Below, piece after piece: positions 1-8,705 of a stretch of 62,106 nucleotides of DNA. Position 1 is the first letter of the stretch, and every line of letters begins with the position of its first letter. The notes under the pieces were generated by a model. That model saw nothing but the letters and a program-made list of their open reading frames with translations, searched no databases and was not told the DNA's origin. Source of the stretch: a virus (Duplodnaviria > Caudoviricetes); the IMG/VR virus record IMGVR_UViG_3300026530_000001, positions 1 through 62,106 of that record. One strand, given 5' to 3'. The position numbers and the translations under genes were made by a program.

Positions 1-99
1 ACTGCGAGAGCGGTTTGAAAAGTCAGCGGCGGCTCAGGATAGCAATGGCGCGATCAAAAGTGGAGTCGTCAACATTAGCGTAGCGAAACGTCGTCACGA
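1..99. repeat. Terminal direct repeat, identical to 62008-62106; indicates a circular contig
   Basis: Exact 99-bp match at both ends (ACTGCGAGAG...CGTCACGA); 99 is a common assembler k-mer size. Confidence 0.95.
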
Positions 100-1111
100 T
101 GGAAGAGTGGCCCAGAATGCGTGACACCTCAGCCAGTGGAAACCCGCCCTGCACTAATCGAGTGGCGCATGTATGTCTCAGGTCGTGGAACTTCAAATCT
201 TTGATGTCGGCAATCCGTTTAGCGGTCGCCCAGGATCGCTTTACTGTGTCGGTGATGCCAAACACTCGCGTCGCCGCATCGCGTTGCGGCAAGCCTTTAA
301 GTTCTTTCAGTAATCGGGGAGTAATCGGGACCGCTCGCGCCCGCAAGGTTTTAGTGTTCATAGCGTGGATGTTGATGCGATTGTTTTCAAAGTCAACGTC
401 GCGCCAGCGCAGCGAAAGAATCTCGCCCCGCCTCATGCCGGTATCGAGCGCACATATGATGATCGCCCGTAGCCGCTCGCGCGGACCGTCGCAAGCATCC
501 AGTAACAAGTCCTCTTCGGCGCGCGAGATTACGCGAGTGCGTTTCGTTTCGTCGGAGGTAGAGATGATCGTATCGGAGCCTGAGAACGGATGCCGGAGTA
601 TCCAGCCTTCGCGGAAAGCAATACTCAGCATTCTACGAAGCACCGTTAATTCCCTGTTCACGGTTGCGATTGATCGTTGCCGTGAGGGCGCTTTCTTAAA
701 CTTTACTTTCGCGTCGAGACGGCTGGCCCTGAATTGAAGGATATCGCCGTGCGTGATTGATCGAAGACGTTTAGAACCAAAATGACTTGTCAACACTTCA
801 ACGATTCGCTTCACTTCGGTATGGGACCGGAGGCCGCTTATCTTTCGGCTCTCAATGAATTGGGCGGGCGTGGCATAGCGTTCTTTGTAGTGTTTGGCGA
901 GTTGTGCAAATGTGAGGCGCGACGAATCGAGCGAGTCTTCGCCGCGCTCTTCAATCTCGCTCAGAAGCTCTTTGATGAGCTGGCGCGCGTGAGTTCGACT
1001 GAAGGCTTTGCGCTTAACGTCGCGTCGTTTTCCAAACTCATCGGTGAAGGTGATGCGGGCGAATATCTGCCCGTTAGATTTGAAGATCGATCCGGTACGA
1101 GGTCGGCCCAT
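23..1111 (-). CDS. int: Tyrosine integrase
   Basis: Catalytic motifs TGMRRGEI, FHDLRHT, LGHS and RY; N-terminal arm-binding region; adjacent to a tRNA-like attP. Confidence 0.95.
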   Translation of the reverse strand: MGRPRTGSIFKSNGQIFARITFTDEFGKRRDVKRKAFSRTHARQLIKELLSEIEERGEDSLDSSRLTFAQLAKHYKERYATPAQFIESRKISGLRSHTEVKRIVEVLTSHFGSKRLRSITHGDILQFRASRLDAKVKFKKAPSRQRSIATVNRELTVLRRMLSIAFREGWILRHPFSGSDTIISTSDETKRTRVISRAEEDLLLDACDGPRERLRAIIICALDTGMRRGEILSLRWRDVDFENNRINIHAMNTKTLRARAVPITPRLLKELKGLPQRDAATRVFGITDTVKRSWATAKRIADIKDLKFHDLRHTCATRLVQGGFPLAEVSRILGHSSIVTTFRYANVDDSTFDRAIAILSRR

Positions 1112-1148
1112 TTATTCCACAAAAAACTACACAAACAGAGTGCGCGCG

Positions 1149-1177
1149 ATGCTACAATATCCCGCAGATTGCGGCAA
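1149..1177 (-). promoter_or_regulatory. Sigma70-type promoter for int
   Basis: Minus strand TTGCCG-17 nt-TAGCAT upstream of the int ATG. Confidence 0.55.
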
Positions 1178-1276
1178 GAAGTCGGAGCGTTAAGTGGTGA
1201 CGAGAACGGTTTTATCTTTGAACAGGCAGCAGGTCGCGGCAACGGTCCGCAGAGGGCCGCAGACGGCTTCCGAACC

Positions 1277-1318
1277 CTTTTAACCAGTGGGTCGCAGGTT
1301 CGAGTCCTGCTCGGCTCA
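1277..1318 (+). other. attP core: 3' half of a tRNA-Lys gene
   Basis: CTTTTAA anticodon loop, then CCAGTGGGTC, a GCAGG-TTCGAGT-CCTGC T-arm and TCGGCTCA; no 5' half; lies just upstream of int. Confidence 0.85.
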
Positions 1319-1390
1319 ATTCCCTTCCCACTTAATTTCCACAAACTACGTCCGCAAACTAATCCCAAATTCAGCGCAGAGGTCTATCTA

Positions 1391-1567
1391 ATGGGCTGGG
1401 CAATCTTCATCGGCGGAATCTTATTGATCGCGGTGGTCGTCGTTTGCGTCCGCTATGCGATGCGTTCCACCGCGAAAGAGTGCGTCAACATTGCCTTAGC
1501 TCATGCCAGTGTAGAAGGAGTCGCGGAGAGGATCGCAGATGATATTCAAGAACGATTTGGAGTGTGA
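1391..1567 (+). CDS. Small membrane protein
   Basis: MGWAIFIGGILLIAVVVVC hydrophobic N-terminus; likely true start inside the 782-1567 ORF. Confidence 0.6.
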   Translation: MGWAIFIGGILLIAVVVVCVRYAMRSTAKECVNIALAHASVEGVAERIADDIQERFGV

Positions 1568-1570
1568 AAG

Positions 1571-1732
1571 ATGAACGATCCTGAACGCTGTCCATTCTGC
1601 GGGACACCTTATAGCCAACGGAGTTGGGCTTGTGATCGACTGATGTGCAAAGAGCCAGCTTCCCTCGTCAGATATCCTGAGAAGGTTCCTGAAGCTGTTG
1701 GCGAAGAGAGGAAGGATAAAGAATTTGCTTAA
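1571..1732 (+). CDS. Small Cys-rich protein, 53 aa, not in ORF track
   Basis: MNDPERCPFCGTPYSQRSWACDRLMCKE..., directly after the previous stop. Confidence 0.5.
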   Translation: MNDPERCPFCGTPYSQRSWACDRLMCKEPASLVRYPEKVPEAVGEERKDKEFA

Positions 1733-2240
1733 CTGCCGAAACACCCACGTTGTATTCCCGCGCAAGCCGCGGAGCGCCACAGCGCCAAGGGATAAAGCGA
1801 CTGCGAATTTCACCGACTTGTCGGGCGGTCAGCTTGTGGCAGTGGCTCGGTTTTCTAAACGGCACGGATTCCGCGATGTTGGCGCTATGAGTGTCCCATC
1901 GAAGATTTATCAGGCGTGCATCTTCTCGTTTATGGTTATTGTGGCATCCGTCAAAAGCCTTACCAGTGCGCTTGGGACGTGGGCCTTTAAACGATTCCAG
2001 AACCAAGATGTGAACCAGCTTCTGAAAGCGACCCGCGTCATTGGTGAGGGTTACAGACGTATATCCCCGCGATGCTGGAGCGGGCGTCAGGAAGTTTGGT
2101 TCACGCCTTCTTTGGATTCCTCTGTATCCTCGAAACGTGCGTACGCGGCCAAGGCTGCTGACTTCATAATCGACAAACCCTTCGATTGGTCGCCATTCTT
2201 CGTTTTCAAGTTCTTCTGCGGTAAATTCTTGAGTAGCCAT
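1668..2240 (-). CDS. NUMOD4-HNH homing endonuclease
   Basis: EEWRPIEGFVDYEVSSLGRVR (NUMOD4), VHILVLESF...CHNN...NLRWDTHSAN (HNH); AAGGAG RBS. Confidence 0.9.
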   Translation of the reverse strand: MATQEFTAEELENEEWRPIEGFVDYEVSSLGRVRTFRGYRGIQRRREPNFLTPAPASRGYTSVTLTNDAGRFQKLVHILVLESFKGPRPKRTGKAFDGCHNNHKREDARLINLRWDTHSANIAESVPFRKPSHCHKLTARQVGEIRSRFIPWRCGAPRLAREYNVGVSAVKQILYPSSLRQQLQEPSQDI

Positions 2241-2516
2241 TGCGAGTTCTCCTTATCCGAGAATGAGTTTTGGCAAGGCTCGTTCGGTGGTTCGCGCCAT
2301 CGTTCGAGCCGTTCGTATTTTAACACGGAATCGGTGCGCCGCATTCCTTCCTTCGCAGGTGGTTGTGGCGCGTCGATAAGGCTCGACCATCCCCATGTGG
2401 TCGGGCCTTCTAAGTTTTGAAGATTTAGGGATCGAAGCCACGGGCGTTCACGGACGACCGATTAGCAAGGGTTCGTGGCCCACTATTTGTTCGCAAAAGA
2501 AAGAGAAAGGAGCGAG

Positions 2517-2690
2517 ATGGCGGACACAATCGCAATAGAGAACGCGGTGAGGGGCCTTTACGAGTTCGGCCAGCGCATTGAGCAGCATCGAGACGCAGTT
2601 AGGGAGATGGAGCTAAAGCCAATCGCGGAACGGATCGCTAAGTTAGAAAGCGAAGAGGAGAGGGATGACACAACGAAGTTGGAGATGTGA
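2517..2690 (+). CDS. Hypothetical protein
   Basis: AAGGAG RBS before ATG 2517. Confidence 0.6.
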   Translation: MADTIAIENAVRGLYEFGQRIEQHRDAVREMELKPIAERIAKLESEEERDDTTKLEM

Positions 2691-3264
2691 TGACGGCGCG
2701 CACAGTCGATGTTCGCAGATGTCTTGTCGCTGTTTCTGTCACTTGTTTGATCGGGACATCTTCAGGTTTGGCACTGGCATTAAATGGCTGGTGCAGACCT
2801 TGGTTCGAGCACCTTATTGCTATGTCCGGGAATCGTTTCCTCTGCGCCGTGATGTGACGTGTCGGCGGGCAATAACGAAGGCGCAGGGCGAGCGCGATCA
2901 ACGAATCCGCGATCTGAACGCGCAGCATCGAAAAGAAATGGAAGCGGAGCGCGCGCAACTCGACAATCTTTTGCCGAAACTTATCAAGGTGACCGGGGGC
3001 TATCAGCGCGACAAGTTTTCAGGACGTTTCACTGTAATGACCGCGCTGTCTGAGGACTTTGTTTATCAAGTGCTGTCGGGCTACGCAAGAGACAATCGCG
3101 CAATGGACTACGTCGGGGAGCGAATGGCCTATGACATCGTGCGGCAAATCAGAACGATAGACTTCTCAAGGGTGAGGGCGTTAGCGGAATTCGACAATGG
3201 CCATCGCGAACGAATTTCGTGGATGAACCCTGACGGGTTGGACTTTCCACCAACACGAACCTAG
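2665..3264 (+). CDS. Hypothetical protein with coiled coil
   Basis: GGAGAGG RBS; operon-like packing. Confidence 0.6.
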   Translation: MTQRSWRCDDGAHSRCSQMSCRCFCHLFDRDIFRFGTGIKWLVQTLVRAPYCYVRESFPLRRDVTCRRAITKAQGERDQRIRDLNAQHRKEMEAERAQLDNLLPKLIKVTGGYQRDKFSGRFTVMTALSEDFVYQVLSGYARDNRAMDYVGERMAYDIVRQIRTIDFSRVRALAEFDNGHRERISWMNPDGLDFPPTRT

Positions 3265-3295
3265 ACCGCGCAAGCGGCCAACAGAAGGGAGAGAG

Positions 3296-3529
3296 ATGGC
3301 GAAAACTGTGACGCTGCCGATTCAGGATGCCGACGGCGCAATTTGGGAAGTTCACAGCGACATTCTCGCTGATGAGGTTGGCGAGTTTATGTGTACTGCG
3401 TGCTTCACGGTTGATGATGCGATGCTGACTCAGCGGTATTTAATGCTGACTTCTCACGCGCAGCGGCTTGTTCAACGGTGCGTCGCTCGCATGGCGCTGT
3501 GCATTCACCGGTCAGAGGTCGAGCAATGA
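3296..3529 (+). CDS. Hypothetical protein
   Basis: GGGAGAG RBS; ATGA coupling to the next gene. Confidence 0.55.
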   Translation: MAKTVTLPIQDADGAIWEVHSDILADEVGEFMCTACFTVDDAMLTQRYLMLTSHAQRLVQRCVARMALCIHRSEVEQ

Positions 3530-3909
3530 CGCCTGAAAAGTTTTGCGCCGCGATGGATGAATGGGCGGCACTCATGTCCGATCAGTCGAGCGGTCGCATT
3601 GCTAACCGTGAAGAATTCGCCGCCGCATGGCGAACGGTGCGGCTTGCGATTGATAAGAGTTGCCTTTTGAGTCGCACGATTTATGGAGGCGAGAAGCCGA
3701 GCCAAACGCCGTGTCCCATTCACCAAGGCAAATGGTCGGGCTGTCATTTTGGCCGCATCCCTCAAGAATGGATCGACGCTGGATGCCGATGTTCCCAGCA
3801 CCGCTCATGCGAGTGCACAACGGGATGGCAACCAGACGAAGCGTGTGGGTGCGTTAGCAACGCGCAACTTGATGCGACCGTTTCGGCGCTTCCCACGATC
3901 TCTGAATAG
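3526..3909 (+). CDS. Cys-rich hypothetical protein
   Basis: ATGA overlap; multiple Cys residues. Confidence 0.55.
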   Translation: MTPEKFCAAMDEWAALMSDQSSGRIANREEFAAAWRTVRLAIDKSCLLSRTIYGGEKPSQTPCPIHQGKWSGCHFGRIPQEWIDAGCRCSQHRSCECTTGWQPDEACGCVSNAQLDATVSALPTISE

Positions 3910-3925
3910 AAGGGTTCTGTGCAGC

Positions 3926-4033
3926 ATGCAAACTGAATACGAATGGAATTCAATCCCCCGCAGGCGACGGTACGGTAGAAGATTACTAATTTCTTTGGCT
4001 GTGGGGATGATTGCTTGGTGGTGGACGAAATGA
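3926..4033 (+). CDS. Small membrane peptide, 35 aa
   Basis: Basic stretch followed by LLISLAVGMIAWWW; ATGA-coupled to 4030. Confidence 0.4.
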   Translation: MQTEYEWNSIPRRRRYGRRLLISLAVGMIAWWWTK

Positions 4034-4827
4034 ATGTCAGCAAAGCGCTTGGAAAAACGTTTAGTGAGGGTCGCAAGCGGCGTCAGCGAGAGGGCTTCGC
4101 GCGGCTAAAGGCAGAGGGCCGCAAGTTCGGGGCGCCCGCCCACCCTTTGACTCACACAGAGACGCGGGTGTGTCGGTTGCCGACGTGTGGTATTGAATTC
4201 CCTTTTCGAGTGCGCCCTAAAACCGATCCGAGAGCGGGGCGTTATTGTCGCCAGAAACATGCTGTTCAGCATATCGCTATCCTGCGAATGAAAGTACCGG
4301 ATGATTACGATCTGCTTCTCGATTTGTACGTTACGAAAAGAATGAGCACGCCGGAGATCGGAGAGATGTTTGACACGACCCACGGTGCAGTTCGGCACCG
4401 ATTGAAGTATTTGGGAATTCTCACGCGCAAGGTTGGACACTCAAGGCACGTGACCTGCAAAGTCGAGGGCTGTCGCGTTCCGGTCTTCAGACTAAAGCAT
4501 CCGCAAAACGGCAGCAACTACGGAACGAGATGCGAAAAGCATTATTGGGAGCATCGCAAGTTTCTTCGCGTGTCTTGGTACACACGAAAGCAGCAATCAC
4601 GGGGCAACATTCCTGACGCTATCTGCCGCGTCCTCGTGAGCGGCGTTAGTTCCAGCGCGGAGATCGCGAAGCGATTGGGCGTAACGACTAAAACTGTTTC
4701 GACCACAATAGGCCACCTCAGACGAAACGGAAGAGTCGAACCCGCCGATACGATCCGTAACACCAAAGACAGGATGACGCGCCTTTTGTGGCGACTCACG
4801 CAAGAGCGAGGGGAATTAGCAGCATGA
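4030..4827 (+). CDS. DNA-binding protein with Zn-finger-like and two HTH segments
   Basis: CRLPTC and CKVEGC motifs; STPEIGEMFDTTHGAVRHRL and SSAEIAKRLGVTTKTVS helix-turn-helix patterns. Confidence 0.65.
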   Translation: MNVSKALGKTFSEGRKRRQREGFARLKAEGRKFGAPAHPLTHTETRVCRLPTCGIEFPFRVRPKTDPRAGRYCRQKHAVQHIAILRMKVPDDYDLLLDLYVTKRMSTPEIGEMFDTTHGAVRHRLKYLGILTRKVGHSRHVTCKVEGCRVPVFRLKHPQNGSNYGTRCEKHYWEHRKFLRVSWYTRKQQSRGNIPDAICRVLVSGVSSSAEIAKRLGVTTKTVSTTIGHLRRNGRVEPADTIRNTKDRMTRLLWRLTQERGELAA

Positions 4828-5678
4828 ACGCGAGCGAACGATTAACGACATCGCTATGGCCGAATCCTGACAATCCGCGCCGGGATATTAGAGACGATCC
4901 CGACTTCGCAGGATTCGTCGCGTCGATCAGAAGTGAGGGGATTATTCAGCCGCTTCTGATCCGAGACGATGGCATGATCTGGGCCGGGCATCGACGTCTC
5001 GAGGCCGCGCTGGAGGTTGGGCTAGAGCGCGTTCCTGTAATGGTTCTGGCCGACTCGGATAATCGCGTGCTCATACCGCTGATTGAAAATCTTCAGCGTT
5101 CCGATCTTGACGTGTTAGAGGTTGCGGAATATTTGAAGCAGTGCAGCCGCGCTCACGGAATGACTCTCACGGCAATATCGGAAGTCACAGGTATTAGCGC
5201 CTCTACGATTGGTAAATACATCAAGCTTGCCGAAGCGCCGCTTGAACTGCGCGAGCGGATCGACCGCGATGAGATTCCATTAACCGCGGCGTTTGAATTG
5301 CTACGCCACGATGAAGCGTTTATCAAAGACGTTGTGGCCACGCCGCGTCTCACCAAAAAGATTGTTCGTGAGCGCGCGCAGAGAGTTTCCCCGGTTGTTG
5401 TCGATCATGAGGATTCACAACCGCGGATTTCTGGAATGACCACCGGAAGAAGGCAGCGCTGTCCGACGGAGCGGCACGCGCACTTGCGACACGCGATCAC
5501 CACGGTCGAAGAGTTGCTATGCGCCGCTCCAGACGAGGCTTTTGCGGCTCGCTACACCCGATGGCTTAATTTAATGAAGACCGATCTTGCTGAATACAAA
5601 AGCGCACTTGAAGATCCGACATTTCGAGGTGCGGTAAACGCTTTCCAACGGCAACCGCTCATCAGGACGCGCGCATAG
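4824..5678 (+). CDS. ParB/RepB/Spo0J-family protein
   Basis: NPDNPRR, GIIQPLLI, AGHRRLEAA, LIENLQRSDL and an HTH. Confidence 0.85.
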   Translation: MNASERLTTSLWPNPDNPRRDIRDDPDFAGFVASIRSEGIIQPLLIRDDGMIWAGHRRLEAALEVGLERVPVMVLADSDNRVLIPLIENLQRSDLDVLEVAEYLKQCSRAHGMTLTAISEVTGISASTIGKYIKLAEAPLELRERIDRDEIPLTAAFELLRHDEAFIKDVVATPRLTKKIVRERAQRVSPVVVDHEDSQPRISGMTTGRRQRCPTERHAHLRHAITTVEELLCAAPDEAFAARYTRWLNLMKTDLAEYKSALEDPTFRGAVNAFQRQPLIRTRA

Positions 5679-5711
5679 TTCTGCAATCAACGGAGACGAT
5701 CCAAAGACGAA

Positions 5712-6083
5712 ATGAACACAATCCAACGAATCGAATTCACCGTCCCGATCCGCACTGTCAGTGAGATGAATTCCCGCGATCATTGGCGAGTAAAGAACGC
5801 TCGCAAGAAAGCACAGCAGGAAGAGGTTGCGATAGCGATGCACAACGCAATGGTTCGGAGCCGGATCGAACTGCCGTGCAGCGTAAGAATGATCCGCTAC
5901 GGCCAGAAGGCGCTCGATTCGGACAACCTCGCAAGTTCATTCAAGGGCTGTCAGGACGTGATCGCGCAGAAGCTCGGTGTTGATGACGGCGACACGGCAA
6001 AGGTGAAGTGGCTTTACGAACAACAACCGACTGGCACGCGGAACTATTTCGTTCGAGTTGAAATCTGTTCGATTGGACGTTAA
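5712..6083 (+). CDS. RusA-like Holliday junction resolvase
   Basis: DSDNL..SFK...D......GVDD motif. Confidence 0.7.
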   Translation: MNTIQRIEFTVPIRTVSEMNSRDHWRVKNARKKAQQEEVAIAMHNAMVRSRIELPCSVRMIRYGQKALDSDNLASSFKGCQDVIAQKLGVDDGDTAKVKWLYEQQPTGTRNYFVRVEICSIGR

Positions 6084-6096
6084 GGGAGTTCAGATA

Positions 6097-6345
6097 ATGG
6101 CAGACGCGATCACCAAAGCAGAATTGAAGATGCTGGAAAAGATGTTCGCCTCAGAGATCGAGCAGGCATGTCACCATAAGAGTCTGCCGCGCTGCTTTCA
6201 ATCGAAAGCAAAGATTCTCGACGTGATGAAAGATAAGGGATTGGTTGAGCCCGTCGAATTCACCTTGGGCGGCCGCTTCCCAGTGACGATTAGCGGTTGG
6301 GTGCTGACGCACTTAGGCCGCATGAGTTATTGCGAAACGTGTTGA
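6097..6345 (+). CDS. Small winged-helix-like protein
   Basis: KGLVE...WVLTHLGR wing pattern; GGGAG RBS. Confidence 0.5.
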   Translation: MADAITKAELKMLEKMFASEIEQACHHKSLPRCFQSKAKILDVMKDKGLVEPVEFTLGGRFPVTISGWVLTHLGRMSYCETC

Positions 6346-6444
6346 AAAGCAAAAAGACGCCAGAGAGCTGATAACTCCCTAGCGTCTGTCCTGACCGTGC
6401 TATTTGAGTGCCAACGAAATCTAGCACGGAGGGCAAAGATAAAA

Positions 6445-7482
6445 ATGGGAACAGTTCACAAGATGGCTGCGGCGCAACTGGATCCGCCGCCGGAGAAATG
6501 GTTTCGCCGTGAGAAGGATGGCGGAATTGTCTTCGCGGGTGAGACCTATGAAGATCACGTTGACGCTTGGGGCGACGCGCAAGTCCAGGTTGATGCTGGG
6601 CTGTGGGGGCAAGCCCAGATCGCCGCTTCTCTTTCGACCAACTACAACGAGCGAACGGTGATGCGGTTTGCGCATGATGTCCACCGAAGCGCGGCGTGGA
6701 TTTGGCAATTAGCACGCACGTACCGTGCCTTCCCTGAAAAACAAAGTCGCCTTGATTATTTGAGTTTCAGCCACCATGTAGAGGCGGCGAAGGCCGGCAC
6801 TAGCGGGGCAAGGGTTAAGGATCCGGTGAAAGCTCTGAACAAGGCTCACGACAAGGAATGGAGCACCAGAGAACTCGCGGAATACGTGGAGACGGGCGTA
6901 GAGCCTGGGCTAAAGGTTCAGAAGACGGTGAAGCTGCCGCCAGAGCTTCAGAAGCTGTACGATCGAGCGGTCAGAGAGCATCTGGACGCCACGATCGGGG
7001 CGGTGAGGCAACAGGCCGAGACGCCGCCGGATCCATTGCTTGGCTCCGTGTACCGGAAGGTGATCGAGATCATGGAGTGGCAGCGCGACCGGAATCTCGA
7101 GACCGATTGCATGGCGATAATGAAAATCTTCACGGCGGAAGAGGGAGCGGAGTCGCCTGAATCAGTGAGCGACGATTACATTGCCGCATGGCTGAACTCG
7201 CACGGCTGGATCATGGGTGACGCGGAACTCGATTCTCGCCTTGAATTGCTGGTCAAGCTTCGGATGGTGAGGATGCAGTCACGAGAGGGCAGTCGCGGGC
7301 CAACGCAACGAGGATCTATTCCTATCGTGTACGCCGCTGATGACGGCTATGCCGAGATACTTGATCGCGTATCATTGAACCCGCGGGCTCCAGAAAGATT
7401 GCTGGCAATTCGGAAGGACTGGATTGCTAGATTGACGCGACATGCGCCTGAGCTGCTGCCGAAAGAATCCGTCGCCGCTTAA
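6445..7482 (+). CDS. Putative transcription regulator (LmbU-like motif); candidate late activator
   Basis: LSFSHHVEA and WSTREL motifs; last gene of the early rightward operon, in the position usually held by Q. Confidence 0.45.
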   Translation: MGTVHKMAAAQLDPPPEKWFRREKDGGIVFAGETYEDHVDAWGDAQVQVDAGLWGQAQIAASLSTNYNERTVMRFAHDVHRSAAWIWQLARTYRAFPEKQSRLDYLSFSHHVEAAKAGTSGARVKDPVKALNKAHDKEWSTRELAEYVETGVEPGLKVQKTVKLPPELQKLYDRAVREHLDATIGAVRQQAETPPDPLLGSVYRKVIEIMEWQRDRNLETDCMAIMKIFTAEEGAESPESVSDDYIAAWLNSHGWIMGDAELDSRLELLVKLRMVRMQSREGSRGPTQRGSIPIVYAADDGYAEILDRVSLNPRAPERLLAIRKDWIARLTRHAPELLPKESVAA

Positions 7483-7550
7483 TTGAAGATTCAGCCTATG
7501 GTGAGATAAATGATCGTCGAATAGATATACATTTAACGGGAATTATATAC

Positions 7551-7579
7551 TTGACTTCCCGCTTTCTTTCGTGTATAGT
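7551..7579 (+). promoter_or_regulatory. Near-consensus sigma70 promoter overlapping the IS left end
   Basis: TTGACT-17 nt-TATAGT. Confidence 0.75.
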
Positions 7580-7654
7580 CTCTTTTGTTAGGAAAACACA
7601 GGCCGACGCTGAATCAGTCGGGGCGCTCGAAAGAGCAAAAAGGGAGATAAAACA

Positions 7655-8098
7655 GTGAAACTTACCAGCGAAACAACCACGAACGAAGAAACCTTCAGAT
7701 TCACGCTTGACCTCAACGACGAGGGCGAGATTACCGAAGCCACTCAGATTACCTATCACTGCCGCGCTTGCGGCGAGGAAGTCTCCGGCCCGAACGATAT
7801 AGAGGTTGCGGCCTGTGACGAACACCCCGACGCGATTATTGACAGCGTAATCAGTAAGGTCGAGCTGGTTGACACGCCCACCGCGATTGGCGACGAATCC
7901 GACACGGACGTTGTTTTGTTCACTTACGATAGCGCAACACTTGCGGGTTCCTTTGGCTTGCAGGTGCGCGACGAAGACGGCGGGTTGAAAGCGATTTGCG
8001 ACCTTGACGGCGAGACGATTTCCAGCAAGACCTCGTTTATTATTCCTGACAAGGTTCCTGCGAAGATCGCAGAGTACGCGCAAGCGATTTGCAGTTAA
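7655..8098 (+). CDS. Acidic passenger protein with a CxxC motif
   Basis: GGGAG RBS and GTG start downstream of the promoter; CRAC motif. Confidence 0.65.
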   Translation: MKLTSETTTNEETFRFTLDLNDEGEITEATQITYHCRACGEEVSGPNDIEVAACDEHPDAIIDSVISKVELVDTPTAIGDESDTDVVLFTYDSATLAGSFGLQVRDEDGGLKAICDLDGETISSKTSFIIPDKVPAKIAEYAQAICS

Positions 8099-8185
8099 TC
8101 TTATCCCCGTCCCAAGTCTCCAACGCGAATGCGTGAGCGGCACGGGCCGCTCGCTTGGGACGGGGGCCAACCTTCGGAGGTCGTC

Positions 8186-8560
8186 GTGAGCAAAAGCACA
8201 ATCAGCACTTTCCAACTTTTCGAGCGGTTCCCGAATCAGGAGGCCGCTCGCGTTTATCTTGAGAGCCGTCTGTGGCCCGACGGTGTTCGCTGTCCGTGGT
8301 GCAAAGGCAGCGAGCGCATCACCATTCGTAAGGACGGATTCTATTCCTGCAATCCCTGTGGCAAAGCTAAGTTCACGGTTCGCACCGGCACGATATTCGA
8401 GCGCAGCCACGTTCCTCTGCACAAGTGGGTTTACGCGATGTACCTGCTCGTCACGGCGCGGAAGGGCATTAGCTCGCTGCAACTGGGCAAAGAGATCGGA
8501 ATCACTCAAAAGTCGGCGTGGTTCATGCTTCAACGATTGCGCGAGGCGTGTGCGCCATGA
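8186..8560 (+). pseudogene. Truncated IS1595 transposase (Zn ribbon and HTH, no DDE domain)
   Basis: RWPDGVRCPWC-like, FTVRTGTIFERSHVPLHKW and KGISSLQL...SAWFMLQRLRE motifs; stops after 124 aa. Confidence 0.85.
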
Positions 8561-8703
8561 AGGACGAAGCCAAGCTGCATCAGATCGTGGATATAGTTCT
8601 CGCCTATCGCCCGGCGTCGAAAGGAAAGCCGCCGCGCAAGCCGAAGCCGCGCAAGAAACCTGCGAAGAAGAAAAGCAAAGAAACGACAGCGGAAAGCTCG
8701 TAA
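8557..8703 (+). CDS. Small basic IS-associated protein
   Basis: ATGA-coupled; IVDIVLAYRP followed by a Lys/Pro-rich tail. Confidence 0.55.
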   Translation: MKDEAKLHQIVDIVLAYRPASKGKPPRKPKPRKKPAKKKSKETTAESS

Positions 8704-8705
8704 TC

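Larger units (their letters stand above)
1116..1360. repeat. Putative integrase arm-type sites flanking the att core
   Basis: TCCACAAA at 1116 and 1338, TCCGCAAA at 1351, plus related CCGCAGA variants on either side of the core. Confidence 0.5.
7538..8703 (+). mobile_element. Defective IS1595-family element with a passenger gene
   Basis: Putative left end GGGAATTATATACTTGAC; N-terminal transposase fragment; small basic downstream ORF; no intact right IR seen. Confidence 0.7.

Noticed and set aside
1-99. Biological terminal repeat of the virion DNA
   Set aside because: Length matches a typical assembler k-mer and it falls inside int/xis coding sequence
1240-1318. Complete tRNA-Lys gene
   Set aside because: The 5' half (acceptor strand and D-arm) is absent; better explained as the attP core
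99-1390. Plus-strand ORFs 99-737 and the 5' part of 782-1567
   Set aside because: Antisense shadows of the integrase and att region
4824-5678. Plasmid-prophage partition system
   Set aside because: No ParA partner recognised; integrase and attP indicate integration
7496-8533. 345-aa minus-strand ORF
   Set aside because: Shadow of the IS passenger and transposase genes
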